64,000 nucleotides of DNA from an uncultured virus (IMG/VR IMGVR_UViG_3300028844_006632). Its lineage: Duplodnaviria > Heunggongvirae > Uroviricota > Caudoviricetes. This document shows, piece after piece, positions 1 through 9,289 of the stretch. Numbering within the stretch: position 1 is the stretch's first letter; every line of letters starts with the position of its first letter. Made by a program: the position numbers and the translations under genes. The stretch lies in the IMG/VR virus record IMGVR_UViG_3300028844_006632, one strand, 5' to 3'. The notes below the pieces were generated by a model. That model was not told where the DNA came from. It saw nothing but the letters and a program-made list of their open reading frames with translations, and ran no database searches.

Positions 1-639
1 ACCATATTTGTTTTTAAATAATTCAACATACTGGGTTTGATCTGTTGCAAGAAAAATGTGTACATCTTTTTGTGTATCAAGAATCTCAAAATATTTTTCA
101 ACTGATGTTGCAGTTGCATAAGCAAAGTCAGTTCCTCGGACGTGACATCCTATAATATTCTTGTTGTTAAAATTTTCACTAACGAAATTGTCCACGACTT
201 TCTGAATATGTGGTTTTACAACAACATATTTCTTCATAAGTTGACGTGCAGTCTTGCGTTTACTCTCCAACCAAGTTTTTGGATCACCTTTGTGTTCGTC
301 TCCACCAATTTTTCTGTCATTTTTCCAAAACGTATCCACTCGGTCAGGATTTGGATGTGAGTTTTGATTACGGAATTGTCTAGCTTTTAAGGTACACTTT
401 GGTAGATTGTTTTCAATCACATCTGCATATGATACTTTCGCAACAGGTTCAAAATAATACTCCCAAGTATTTTCTCCGTAAGATTCTTCATAAAAAAAAT
501 TGCGGATGGAGTTATCAAAGTTTACCACCGGAATCAAGTCGTGTTGCTCTGCATGAAGAATGCCATTTAAAGCAAACTTTATATATGCGGTGAAACCTGC
601 GTTTTCATCACCAGATTTGATTATGAAGTGTTTATTCAT
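1..639 (-). CDS. NodZ/GT23-like fucosyltransferase (runs off left edge; not in ORF track)
   Basis: Manual translation from ATG at 639 (ATGA overlap with stop of next gene) is open to base 1: MNKHFIIKSGDENAGF...NTWEYYFEPV...IIGCHVRGTD...IFLATD. HxRxTD and FLATD are GDP-fucose-binding motifs; paralogue of 6146-7147. Confidence 0.85.
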   Translation of the reverse strand, partial: MNKHFIIKSGDENAGFTAYIKFALNGILHAEQHDLIPVVNFDNSIRNFFYEESYGENTWEYYFEPVAKVSYADVIENNLPKCTLKARQFRNQNSHPNPDRVDTFWKNDRKIGGDEHKGDPKTWLESKRKTARQLMKKYVVVKPHIQKVVDNFVSENFNNKNIIGCHVRGTDFAYATATSVEKYFEILDTQKDVHIFLATDQTQYVELFKNKYG

Positions 640-1451
640 TTATAAAAAATGTCCTTTTCATATTCCGTTGAAAACTCTAACATTTCTTCACGTGGAAGTA
701 ATTTTATTTTTTCTATTTTTTTGCTAATCTTGTCTTTAAATTCAAGTTTTGTATCTGATGTACATCCTCCGTGGTCTTCTAAATACATTTTTTCAGATGC
801 TGAAACAAACGGCTCAGGTTGTCTTGGTTTTCCATAATATGTGTCTTTATATAAATAATAAAATCCAAAATCTGCATTTGGATATGCAGTTTCAATATCA
901 CTCACAAATTTATTACAATGGCTTAGTTGATTGTTTGGAAAAATTTGTTTACATTGAGATGCATCTATCCTTAGAAAAAGTATTTTATTTTCACTTTTTA
1001 ATAGTGAAACTAATCTCTGCTGTCTATGATGCATTGTGGTTTTAAATCTCTCCCAAGCTTGATTGTGATTCCAAGCATCTTCACTTGGCAACCACTTATT
1101 AAAATTTCTCCAGTCGTTTCTTTTAAGACCGTGAAACCACGATCTGTATATATGCGGGAAGTATATTTGCGAAAAGTCTAAATTATCTTTTTTGATATTA
1201 CAACGAACACTTCTATTTGCCGTTTTTCCACCAACACTTTTCAGTGGCCAGTTTTCAACCGAGTCCATATATCCTTTAAATTCTCTTGCAATTAAATCAG
1301 AACACTCTAAAAGGGCAGTTGATGTTTCTATATTATCAAAAGGACTTGAAAAATACCTCATACCTTTACTTTTGACTATAGACGCATTAGTACAATTTGT
1401 TCCTATTGTAACAATTGTATTCCATTCTTTTTCAAAAAAATTATCATTCAT
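636..1451 (-). CDS. DUF1796 family protein (putative papain-like Cys-His enzyme)
   Basis: TIGTNC...MRYFSSPFD, YFPH, RQQRL...ILFLR match the DUF1796 pattern GxxC...RxxSxPFD...H...RRxxR...LFxR. Confidence 0.75.
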   Translation of the reverse strand: MNDNFFEKEWNTIVTIGTNCTNASIVKSKGMRYFSSPFDNIETSTALLECSDLIAREFKGYMDSVENWPLKSVGGKTANRSVRCNIKKDNLDFSQIYFPHIYRSWFHGLKRNDWRNFNKWLPSEDAWNHNQAWERFKTTMHHRQQRLVSLLKSENKILFLRIDASQCKQIFPNNQLSHCNKFVSDIETAYPNADFGFYYLYKDTYYGKPRQPEPFVSASEKMYLEDHGGCTSDTKLEFKDKISKKIEKIKLLPREEMLEFSTEYEKDIFYK

Positions 1452-1455
1452 AATT

Positions 1456-1572
1456 TTACTCTATTATTGATGATGTATGATCTTTATTTGAACTCGTTAC
1501 ATCACTAAATCCATCTCGTTGAAAAGCAAACATTTTTTTATCAAAATAATCAAATGGATTTTTATCATTCAT
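1456..1572 (-). pseudogene. Internally deleted GT25 remnant (38-aa in-frame mini-ORF)
   Basis: Translates MNDKNPFDYFDKKMFAFQRDGFSDVTSSNKDHTSSIIE*: the N-terminus (NPFNYFDK) joined directly to the C-terminus (FAFQRDGFSDVANLNKEHTSVITE) of the GT25 type seen at 4678-5379. Confidence 0.85.
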
Positions 1573-1576
1573 CGTC

Positions 1577-1584
1577 TATAAATA
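1577..1584 (-). promoter_or_regulatory. TATTTATA upstream motif (putative late promoter)
   Basis: Exact motif 4 nt upstream of ATG 1572; recurs in most intergenic gaps. Confidence 0.55.
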
Positions 1585-1598
1585 TTGTGTCAGATATA

Positions 1599-2354
1599 TT
1601 ATTTATGGATGTAATTCTTGGCAGAATACCATAAAAAATGGAATTTTCGTCTATTTTTTCTTCTCTTGAAATTTTCGGAATATTTCCAAGGTTTGTGTCT
1701 ATCTGTAAAGTGGAATATAAAATTATTATTATATTTTGCAAGTTTACTAAGTCTTGCATTTAACATATATTGCAAAACATTATATTTACTTGGCAAGATT
1801 TCATATTTTTTATTTAAATATTTGTTTATAATACGACCATCGCAATCTGGTTTCTTATTATTTTGTTCAATGCAAAATTTAGTAAATTTGTTTTCACGAA
1901 GTTTTTTAATATCCAACACCATTACTCCAGTATTTCCACTATCCCCCGCACCATCTGTTACCATTGCAATTCCTGTTTCACCTGTGTTTGTTTGGTATAA
2001 TTCTTTTATATCAATATTAACAACCAAATCCACATCGAGATACAATATCCGTTCTTCGTTGATTAATTCAGGAATTAAAATACGAAGCATAGACGCAGAT
2101 GATGGTATATGATACATTCCTTTGTATTCATACGACCACTCTGATTTGTATTCTGTCAATTTTAAATTTGAAAACTTTTTAATATACTCTACTAAATCAT
2201 CGTAATCTTCGTGTTGCTCAAAGTCACGAATTATATGAAAATTAAAGTCGTATGAAGGATTTGATCTTTGAATTGACTTAATTACAACTTTTATATAACG
2301 AATTAAATTTTTATCAGAACAAAAACAAATATTTATTGAATCCAAATTTGACAT
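1599..2354 (-). CDS. Glycosyltransferase family 8
   Basis: ICFCSDKN, MLRILIPEL, ILYLDVDLVV (DxD), NTGVMVLD, HFTDRHKPW; start placed at 2354 by TAATG overlap. Confidence 0.9.
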   Translation of the reverse strand: MSNLDSINICFCSDKNLIRYIKVVIKSIQRSNPSYDFNFHIIRDFEQHEDYDDLVEYIKKFSNLKLTEYKSEWSYEYKGMYHIPSSASMLRILIPELINEERILYLDVDLVVNIDIKELYQTNTGETGIAMVTDGAGDSGNTGVMVLDIKKLRENKFTKFCIEQNNKKPDCDGRIINKYLNKKYEILPSKYNVLQYMLNARLSKLAKYNNNFIFHFTDRHKPWKYSENFKRRKNRRKFHFLWYSAKNYIHK

Positions 2355-3199
2355 TACTTTACCTCCACACGAATCCAATCATCGCAAATTATATCTTCAT
2401 CACTAAACTTTCTTTTTTTGTGCAAAGGATGCCATTCTGTTGGAGCAATGACAACTCGTTCCTCATTATCATTTAACCACGCACCCCACCAACTGAATGT
2501 TGAGTTTGCTATTACATTGTGTTTGCACATACTCATTAAATGAATATCCATATAGTCCTTCTCATCACGAACAAAAGTAACATTTGCATCAAACTCGGAC
2601 AAATCAAGATTTTTTTCTACCCAATCAACTGCATCCGAGAATATCACAATATTTTCAATAGTCTTACCCATTTCCAAAATTTTGCGAAGTGCATTTGGAT
2701 AGTAAGTGTTTAAATCCTCAAACAAGCAATAATAAGCAGAACTGTAAGTATCGGCATTATCACGACCTTTGCGAATATGAAGTGACACACTATTTTTAAA
2801 AACATCGGCATATTTGTTTTGAAGATATTTCCTTTCGTCAGAATGTGGTTCAAACATTTTTTGAATTTCTTTTTTGTATTCCACAAAATATTTTTCACTT
2901 TGACGAAATCCACGCATTTGAACATTTTTGTTTGGATAAAATGGTATTTCCTGATAACGAAATCCCAATGACTTTGGTTCTTCCAAGAACTCTTCAATTT
3001 CAAAATCTACTTCATCATTAAATGGGATATTTGGAAACACCTTCAACAAAGACTCTCTTCCTTTGTCGTGATTTCTTGATATTTGATTGCTTTTTACAAT
3101 CGGTGTAAGATTATGTTTCCAAGCATATGCAAACAACGCAGAAACACAAAACATTTGATTTGCAAGAAGTCCTTTTAAATGTATATTTATGTAGTTCAT
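2354..3199 (-). CDS. Alpha-1,2-fucosyltransferase (GT11)
   Basis: GLLANQMF, QSEKYF, SLHIRKG, IFSD, MSMCKHNVIANSTFSWWGAWL. Confidence 0.93.
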   Translation of the reverse strand: MNYINIHLKGLLANQMFCVSALFAYAWKHNLTPIVKSNQISRNHDKGRESLLKVFPNIPFNDEVDFEIEEFLEEPKSLGFRYQEIPFYPNKNVQMRGFRQSEKYFVEYKKEIQKMFEPHSDERKYLQNKYADVFKNSVSLHIRKGRDNADTYSSAYYCLFEDLNTYYPNALRKILEMGKTIENIVIFSDAVDWVEKNLDLSEFDANVTFVRDEKDYMDIHLMSMCKHNVIANSTFSWWGAWLNDNEERVVIAPTEWHPLHKKRKFSDEDIICDDWIRVEVK

Positions 3200-3954
3200 T
3201 CTTCTATTTCTAAAAATTTATTATCCTTTCCTCGGTCTCGTTTCCTAAATACAGTGGTTTGAAATATCTCACAATTTACATCAACCTGTATTTTTGGGTA
3301 ATATTTTTCGTATATTTGTTGAAATTGACCTTGGTCTTTTGCATCACCGATATAAGGTGTTGCAATTAATTCATCTATTACCTTTTTAAGAAAATCTACC
3401 TTTGCAACAAATAATCCCGAGTTTAAAAATTTAAACTTTCTATTTTTATCCTTATATCCTGAACATTTATCTAATCGGTTATATATGCTCTTTGCAACAT
3501 CAGGAAATATATTAGTTTCACCATTCATTAGTAATTCGCATTCAAATTTTTTTTCAAATATCTCTACAACTAAATTTGGATGATTAATAAAAAAAACATC
3601 ACTTGCATCTTGGCCAATAATATATTTCTTTGTTGTTGATTCTAAATATTTTTTCAATGCAGTAAGTTTTGTTGCTTTTATATCACCGAATGTATCCGAT
3701 TCAGACAATTCTATATAATCATTTAAATTTACGATTGATAGTCCAAATTGACTTAATGAATTTTCAACCATACTTTTATTGTCATATCCATAACTTAAAA
3801 AGCATAAATCTAAATCCGGACGGATGTTTACAAATTTGTGACTCAATTTCTTACTCAAACGATGTATTCTTTGACCAAGACGATTCCACTTAGAAAGACC
3901 ACTCATATGAAATGCGATGGGATATGTATTCGTTATTTTATTTCTTATTTTCAC
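3196..3954 (-). CDS. PLOD/lysyl-hydroxylase-type glycosyltransferase domain protein
   Basis: DASDVFF, GETNIFPD, KFLNSGLFVA, DQGQFQQIY, VDVNCEIFQT resemble the PLOD GT domain. Confidence 0.75.
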   Translation of the reverse strand: MKIRNKITNTYPIAFHMSGLSKWNRLGQRIHRLSKKLSHKFVNIRPDLDLCFLSYGYDNKSMVENSLSQFGLSIVNLNDYIELSESDTFGDIKATKLTALKKYLESTTKKYIIGQDASDVFFINHPNLVVEIFEKKFECELLMNGETNIFPDVAKSIYNRLDKCSGYKDKNRKFKFLNSGLFVAKVDFLKKVIDELIATPYIGDAKDQGQFQQIYEKYYPKIQVDVNCEIFQTTVFRKRDRGKDNKFLEIEE

Positions 3955-4691
3955 CCCACACCCTCTTCAGCAAAATCATATGGTTTCATTTCATCTCTTG
4001 GTAAAACTTTAAGTTCTTTCAATTTATCTACAACCCACTTGCTTCTGTATCCTGACTTTCCAGGTGGAATACATTCCAGATGACAATTATCATAATCACA
4101 ACTTAAATTTCTGTTTTCATCGCAATACAAATATAGAAATCCCCAATTTTTAGTTGGATATGCTTTCGTCATAGTTTCCATAAATCTGTTAAGGTGTTTT
4201 GTTTTATTTTGATTTCTAATTTTTCTGAGTTGACGATTATCAACATCAATTCTCAATAGAAGCATTTTATTTTCACTTTCTAAAATAGATGTCATTCGTT
4301 GTTGTCTTCTTGTATATGTTTCGGCAAAACCTTTCCATATTGGATTCAAATCACCCTCTTTGCTTCGTTTCCATTTATTATAGTCTTCTTCGGTTGTATA
4401 ATTTTTAACCCATTGAAACTCCATATGAGGATAATAACACCAGATATAATCTTTGTGCCTAAGTTGCCTTTGTTTACGTGTGTTCCATATCGTCCAGTCG
4501 TTTATGTCTGCCATATAATTTTCAAATCCACTTGCCATCAAATTGGCAGTTTGAGTTAATCCACGCACTGTATCCATATTATCCCAAGGACTTGAAAAAT
4601 ATCTTACTCCCGCAGTTTTAGTAACATCGAGGGCATTACATTTTACTCCTACATTATATGCAATATTCCATTCTGTATCAAATATATTCAT
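3951..4691 (-). CDS. DUF1796 family protein
   Basis: NVGVKC...VRYFSSPWD, YYPH, RRQQRM...LLLR; paralogue of 636-1451 and 20525-21304. Confidence 0.75.
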   Translation of the reverse strand: MNIFDTEWNIAYNVGVKCNALDVTKTAGVRYFSSPWDNMDTVRGLTQTANLMASGFENYMADINDWTIWNTRKQRQLRHKDYIWCYYPHMEFQWVKNYTTEEDYNKWKRSKEGDLNPIWKGFAETYTRRQQRMTSILESENKMLLLRIDVDNRQLRKIRNQNKTKHLNRFMETMTKAYPTKNWGFLYLYCDENRNLSCDYDNCHLECIPPGKSGYRSKWVVDKLKELKVLPRDEMKPYDFAEEGVG

Positions 4692-5379
4692 TTCTTATTT
4701 TTTTTTCCGTAATTACAGATGTGTGTTCTTTATTTAAATTTGCTACATCACTAAAACCATCCCGTTGAAACGCAAATATATTCTTCACACCGTATTGATA
4801 TTTTGTAGCATTCCCGAGAAAATATTCATTTCTTTTCCACCATCTTTTTCTACGGGTTTCTTGCCGAATTACTCTTTTCTCAAATTCGTTGTTAAGGTGT
4901 TCAAACATATTTCCATTGATTGCATAAGCATGAGCAAGACCAAAACCATACATTTTATTTAAGTTCTTAGAATAACTTGCTATACTATGTTGACTCCAAT
5001 CATTGTATCCAAATGAAAATAATCTCCAATCAGAAGGAAGTTCACTTATGCAAGTATTTAAGTAATCTCCATCAAAATTCTTAAAATAAAAATCATCCTC
5101 AAACACCAAATAGTTTTTTGCATTATATTGAATTGCAAGTTTTGTACATTTGTTGTGACTACTTGCACACGCAAACTGACCGAGTAAATCAGATTCATTT
5201 CTATTTTTTACCGGACGAGGATCATATGGCATTTCTTCTGTTGTGAGAGCAGATACTCTCTCAACACGATCAAGTATACCAATTTTATCAAACTCTGATT
5301 GTGCAAGTTCCCATCTATCGGGACGAGAATCAAGATTTATGCAAAATATTTTATCAAAATAATTAAATGGATTTTTCAT
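4678..5379 (-). CDS. Glycosyltransferase family 25
   Basis: CINLDSRPDRW, CASSH, LVFEDD, AHAYAIN; start at 5379 by ATGA overlap. Confidence 0.9.
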   Translation of the reverse strand: MKNPFNYFDKIFCINLDSRPDRWELAQSEFDKIGILDRVERVSALTTEEMPYDPRPVKNRNESDLLGQFACASSHNKCTKLAIQYNAKNYLVFEDDFYFKNFDGDYLNTCISELPSDWRLFSFGYNDWSQHSIASYSKNLNKMYGFGLAHAYAINGNMFEHLNNEFEKRVIRQETRRKRWWKRNEYFLGNATKYQYGVKNIFAFQRDGFSDVANLNKEHTSVITEKKIRNEYI

Positions 5380-6146
5380 CTGCAATGTTCCTCTCCAATT
5401 TTTGCATAATGACCTATTAGTTCTTGTTTTTTCATTTGTTTGAATACGGCAATCTTTTCCACCATTTCTTTCCATTGTTTTTTGTCGTTAATTCGTGCAA
5501 GTCTTCGGTGTGCCTTGGTATCGTGATCAAGATGATACATATCGTAAGGTGACCTTCCAATCTTTAGATTAAACGTGTCTACTTTGCTTCGCATTAACTC
5601 GTCTTCAGGACACCAAGAACCAATTGACGGTTCCCACCCATACACTTCATAAAAACCTTTTCTAGACATAATACAGACTCCTCCAGCACCATTGTCTGCA
5701 ACCCTCGGACGATTTCTTCCCAACCAAGATTCGTCAAGATCATCACCTGCAATTACCTTCTTTGTTCCGTCACGTGAAATATTAAGAAATTTTTGCGAAG
5801 GAATGTAGAAATCATATCCACTCACAAGTTTCTCAAAGTTCTCCAGCAAATCTTCATGCAACATAATATCATTGTCTGAGAATATAAGGTAATCTCCGTC
5901 AGTTACTTTTGCTCCTTCGTTGAATCCATACCCACGACTATAATCAAATGGTTCAGGTGTTTTTCTAAGTATATGTCTAATTGATACATCACCACCGATG
6001 TCCGACAAATCTGATTCAGTGTTTTGTTCAACGATTGTTATTTTTGCATTTGGAAGCAATTTTTGATATCGTGCAACAATAAATTTTAAATTCCTATTAC
6101 GGGAGTCGTGTGTATTTGAATGTCCTATGATTACGTCAATTTTCAT
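5376..6146 (-). CDS. GT2/GT7-like galactosyltransferase
   Basis: IVEQ, FNEGA, FSDNDIML, GGVCIMSRKGFYEVYGW...WCPEDELM, YHLDH. Confidence 0.85.
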   Translation of the reverse strand: MKIDVIIGHSNTHDSRNRNLKFIVARYQKLLPNAKITIVEQNTESDLSDIGGDVSIRHILRKTPEPFDYSRGYGFNEGAKVTDGDYLIFSDNDIMLHEDLLENFEKLVSGYDFYIPSQKFLNISRDGTKKVIAGDDLDESWLGRNRPRVADNGAGGVCIMSRKGFYEVYGWEPSIGSWCPEDELMRSKVDTFNLKIGRSPYDMYHLDHDTKAHRRLARINDKKQWKEMVEKIAVFKQMKKQELIGHYAKIGEEHCR

Positions 6147-7147
6147 TATATAATTTCTTCAAATTTATTTAATGTTTCTTTGCCTCCAGGTCGTTGACTA
6201 TCTATGTGATTCATTTCTGAATTTATTAGCAATGCAACGTGTGCAAATCCACTCGCATTGTGAAGCAAATAATCACACTTGCTTAATAAATACATTTCAG
6301 CAATTGCATCTTCTCCGTTTTGAGCTGCCGTTGCTCCGTCATCGCATAGATATGTTGGCATCATAGCATTACCCTTTGTATTATTCCCACTTTTGCCAAC
6401 ATCCTCTTGTTCCTGACGAAACGTATCATACTCAACAATAGCATCATTAAATTCGTTTTTAACGATATTAAACAATTTCGCATCATCACTTGCAACAAAC
6501 ACTTTTCCTTCATCTCCATATCTGTTTATAAATATTCGTATGCAGTTAATATAATTCTGAATATCAAATTTCTTTCTCCATCTTTCCGCATTATTTACAA
6601 GTGCATCTGTTCCACGAATATGAACACCAAGAACCTTGTTTGCGTCTGCTAAATTTTCTGCGAAAAAATTATTGATTTTATCATTAAGATACATTCTAAG
6701 TTTGAAGTATTTGTTTATGATTGCATTTGCTTTTTCACGATGACCATCTTCGTAAACTTCAGGAATCAAATGTGGTGGAACAATCATAGTATGTCCCATT
6801 TTTCGGTCTCCGTAATGACAACACATTTTGTTTCCGTCACTTAATTTGACGAAACGACTATTATTTAATTTCTTTGGTTCTGTGTTTTGATAAGCATTTT
6901 CAATTTCTGATTTATTTTTATCAGAAATCATCAATGTATCAGCAGTTTCATTTACAGGACGAAAATAATATTCCCAAACATTATCTTTGTTTTGATGACC
7001 TTCAGGATTATAGTAAACACATTGATTCTTAAAGTAAACAATTGGTGTCCCGAGTTCTTCTTTTTCACAACGATTTAACGCATTGATGACCTGAAAGAAT
7101 AAACTTGCAAGTCCAACATCACGTTCTGTTATTATGTATTGTTTCAT
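6146..7147 (-). CDS. NodZ/GT23-like fucosyltransferase
   Basis: GLASLF, NVWEYYFRPV, LGVHIRGTD, VFVASDD, EMYLLSKCDYLLHNASGF. Confidence 0.85.
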   Translation of the reverse strand: MKQYIITERDVGLASLFFQVINALNRCEKEELGTPIVYFKNQCVYYNPEGHQNKDNVWEYYFRPVNETADTLMISDKNKSEIENAYQNTEPKKLNNSRFVKLSDGNKMCCHYGDRKMGHTMIVPPHLIPEVYEDGHREKANAIINKYFKLRMYLNDKINNFFAENLADANKVLGVHIRGTDALVNNAERWRKKFDIQNYINCIRIFINRYGDEGKVFVASDDAKLFNIVKNEFNDAIVEYDTFRQEQEDVGKSGNNTKGNAMMPTYLCDDGATAAQNGEDAIAEMYLLSKCDYLLHNASGFAHVALLINSEMNHIDSQRPGGKETLNKFEEII

Positions 7148-8577
7148 TGCTTCAAATACTCCTCGTACATTCTTCCTATCATAACATCTTCAATTGAATA
7201 TGGTCGCATACCAAATGAATTCTCAATATCATGTTGATTTACAATTTTTTTACAAACTTCACTATTTGCTATAAACTTTGCAACATTATAATTTATTCTA
7301 TAACACTTTCCACAATAATACCAAAGTTCTTTGTGCATCCAATTAGGATCATCCATATCGGTTGCCAATCCTTTTTGCTTCATCCATGCATGAAAATCTT
7401 TTCTGTAAAACATTCTGCCGTTTGTTCCATAATATTGAACATTCGGTTTTTTGTATATTACCTTTTCAACACGGTCAAGTCCACATATCTTTCCACGAGT
7501 TCGTTCTCCTACCGATGTATAACTTAAAAAATTTCCATCAAGTTTTACTAAATTATAAAAGTTAAAATACTTTGCACAAAATTGAATTAATTGGTAAGTC
7601 TTTTTGTGAAGTTTATCATACACTTCATTGCCCGGAAAATAAAGTTCCCGTCCACCAAATCTTGTTTTATCACTACCACGATAGTATTCTATTACTTTAA
7701 TATCCTCATCATTTAAAATTCTATTGTAGAAATCACTATTTTTTAAAATACGTAAATGGTCACGATCAACTTCGCAACAATTTATGCAAATTAAAGTTTT
7801 ACAATCTAACGCACGTGAGATTAGTGAAATTTTTTTTGAATTGTTTGTAAAACGATGTTCATTGCGTGGACGCCTTCTTCTTCGTGGAGTGAGTTTCTTT
7901 CCTTCCCATTTGTAATTATATTTCTCAATATCAGAACGATATATGTTTTCAATTATTTCTTTTGTTTCTTTTGTATAATATTCCCAATATGGTTTTCTAT
8001 TGGTTTTTAGTTCATGGGGAAGTTTAATTTTTGGTAAATTTAATTTTTCACACACCTTATCAAAATCAGATTGCAAATTTTCAAATTTTCCAACAAAATC
8101 TATAATTTCATTTTGTTTAATATCATTGATCCACCTTTGCTGACCTTCTTGGTCGTGAAAACACTCGTTTATACAATGTGCGAATTTTGATTTTACAAAA
8201 TATTCAAATCCTTCTTTACGCAATTTAAAACTCGTTTGCTTTCTAATTTCAGATGCATCTTCATTTTTTTGAGTCCACCAATGATAAGATGAAACCATTA
8301 AATCCCAAGGATTTCTAACAAACGCAAATTTAAAATATTTTTGAAATTCATCTTTTACTAAATAAGCAGGACGATGTTTATGTGTCCAAAATTCTGTGTT
8401 GCCTCTTATTAACTCAACTTCATCATACTTTTTATCCCAACCACGAGTAGCAGTTTTTCCATTAAAATAAGAATTATACCGAGGTTTAAATGTATGTTTT
8501 CTTAAAGCACTTTCAATACTTGTTCCTGCAGTTTTAGGAATATGAATGAATATTGCTTGCTTTTCATTACTTATCAT
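7144..8577 (-). CDS. Sulfotransferase (family 2) fused to GT31-like galactosyltransferase domain
   Basis: N-terminal FIHIPKTAGTS, FVRNPWD, GKFENL; Arg-rich linker; C-terminal YDKLHKKT...LVKLD...YYCGKCY...IEDVMIG. Confidence 0.8.
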   Translation of the reverse strand: MISNEKQAIFIHIPKTAGTSIESALRKHTFKPRYNSYFNGKTATRGWDKKYDEVELIRGNTEFWTHKHRPAYLVKDEFQKYFKFAFVRNPWDLMVSSYHWWTQKNEDASEIRKQTSFKLRKEGFEYFVKSKFAHCINECFHDQEGQQRWINDIKQNEIIDFVGKFENLQSDFDKVCEKLNLPKIKLPHELKTNRKPYWEYYTKETKEIIENIYRSDIEKYNYKWEGKKLTPRRRRRPRNEHRFTNNSKKISLISRALDCKTLICINCCEVDRDHLRILKNSDFYNRILNDEDIKVIEYYRGSDKTRFGGRELYFPGNEVYDKLHKKTYQLIQFCAKYFNFYNLVKLDGNFLSYTSVGERTRGKICGLDRVEKVIYKKPNVQYYGTNGRMFYRKDFHAWMKQKGLATDMDDPNWMHKELWYYCGKCYRINYNVAKFIANSEVCKKIVNQHDIENSFGMRPYSIEDVMIGRMYEEYLKQ

Positions 8578-9289
8578 AAAACCAAAGTTTCCTTTTTTTC
8601 AGTTGAGTTTCTTTGTTTGCTTGCTTTTTAATTAAAGGATGGCATACATATGAATTTGAATTATAGTCACCTCTTAATACATCAATTTCATTTAAAACTC
8701 TTAATTTAATATTGCCACTCATCATATATCTCTCGTTACTCTCTGAAATATAAATATTGTCAGTATTCACTTTATCCGATACATAATCATTAAACTCTTG
8801 TTGATCGTCAATGTCAGTCGTTTTACTATCCAAAATTTTCAATAAAGCATTCTTTACAATATCAGTACTCTTAAGGTAAATCCAACCCATGCACATTGTA
8901 AATCCAAGTTTTTCAAATGTTTTGGGTGGCCATCCACCACGATCCATAGACACAATTATATCAGATTCATCGTCAATTAAATCGAGTGGATTTTTCAACC
9001 AAATTGCATCAAGATCAGAATGAAGAATATTGAATCCTGAATTTAATAAATTTGATATAGTTTGAAACCTCCACTTCCACCCCGTTCCTGATCTTTTTGG
9101 TAAATTTCCAGGTGAATATATTACATTTGCTTTTTTATTTGTTAATGCATCAAATGCTTCTTCATCGGTTGCTATTATTAAATAGGAATATACATTTACC
9201 TTTTGAAGACAAGTTATCCAATTTAATGCAATTCTAATATACTCGTAATTGCAAAATGTTACAATTAGAGTTTGCTTATTCATCTTCAA
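8567..9289 (-). CDS. Nucleotide-diphospho-sugar transferase (GT77-like)
   Basis: ALNW, ILHSDLDAIWLKNPL, CMGWIYL, DDQQEFN. Confidence 0.85.
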   Translation of the reverse strand: MKMNKQTLIVTFCNYEYIRIALNWITCLQKVNVYSYLIIATDEEAFDALTNKKANVIYSPGNLPKRSGTGWKWRFQTISNLLNSGFNILHSDLDAIWLKNPLDLIDDESDIIVSMDRGGWPPKTFEKLGFTMCMGWIYLKSTDIVKNALLKILDSKTTDIDDQQEFNDYVSDKVNTDNIYISESNERYMMSGNIKLRVLNEIDVLRGDYNSNSYVCHPLIKKQANKETQLKKRKLWFYDK

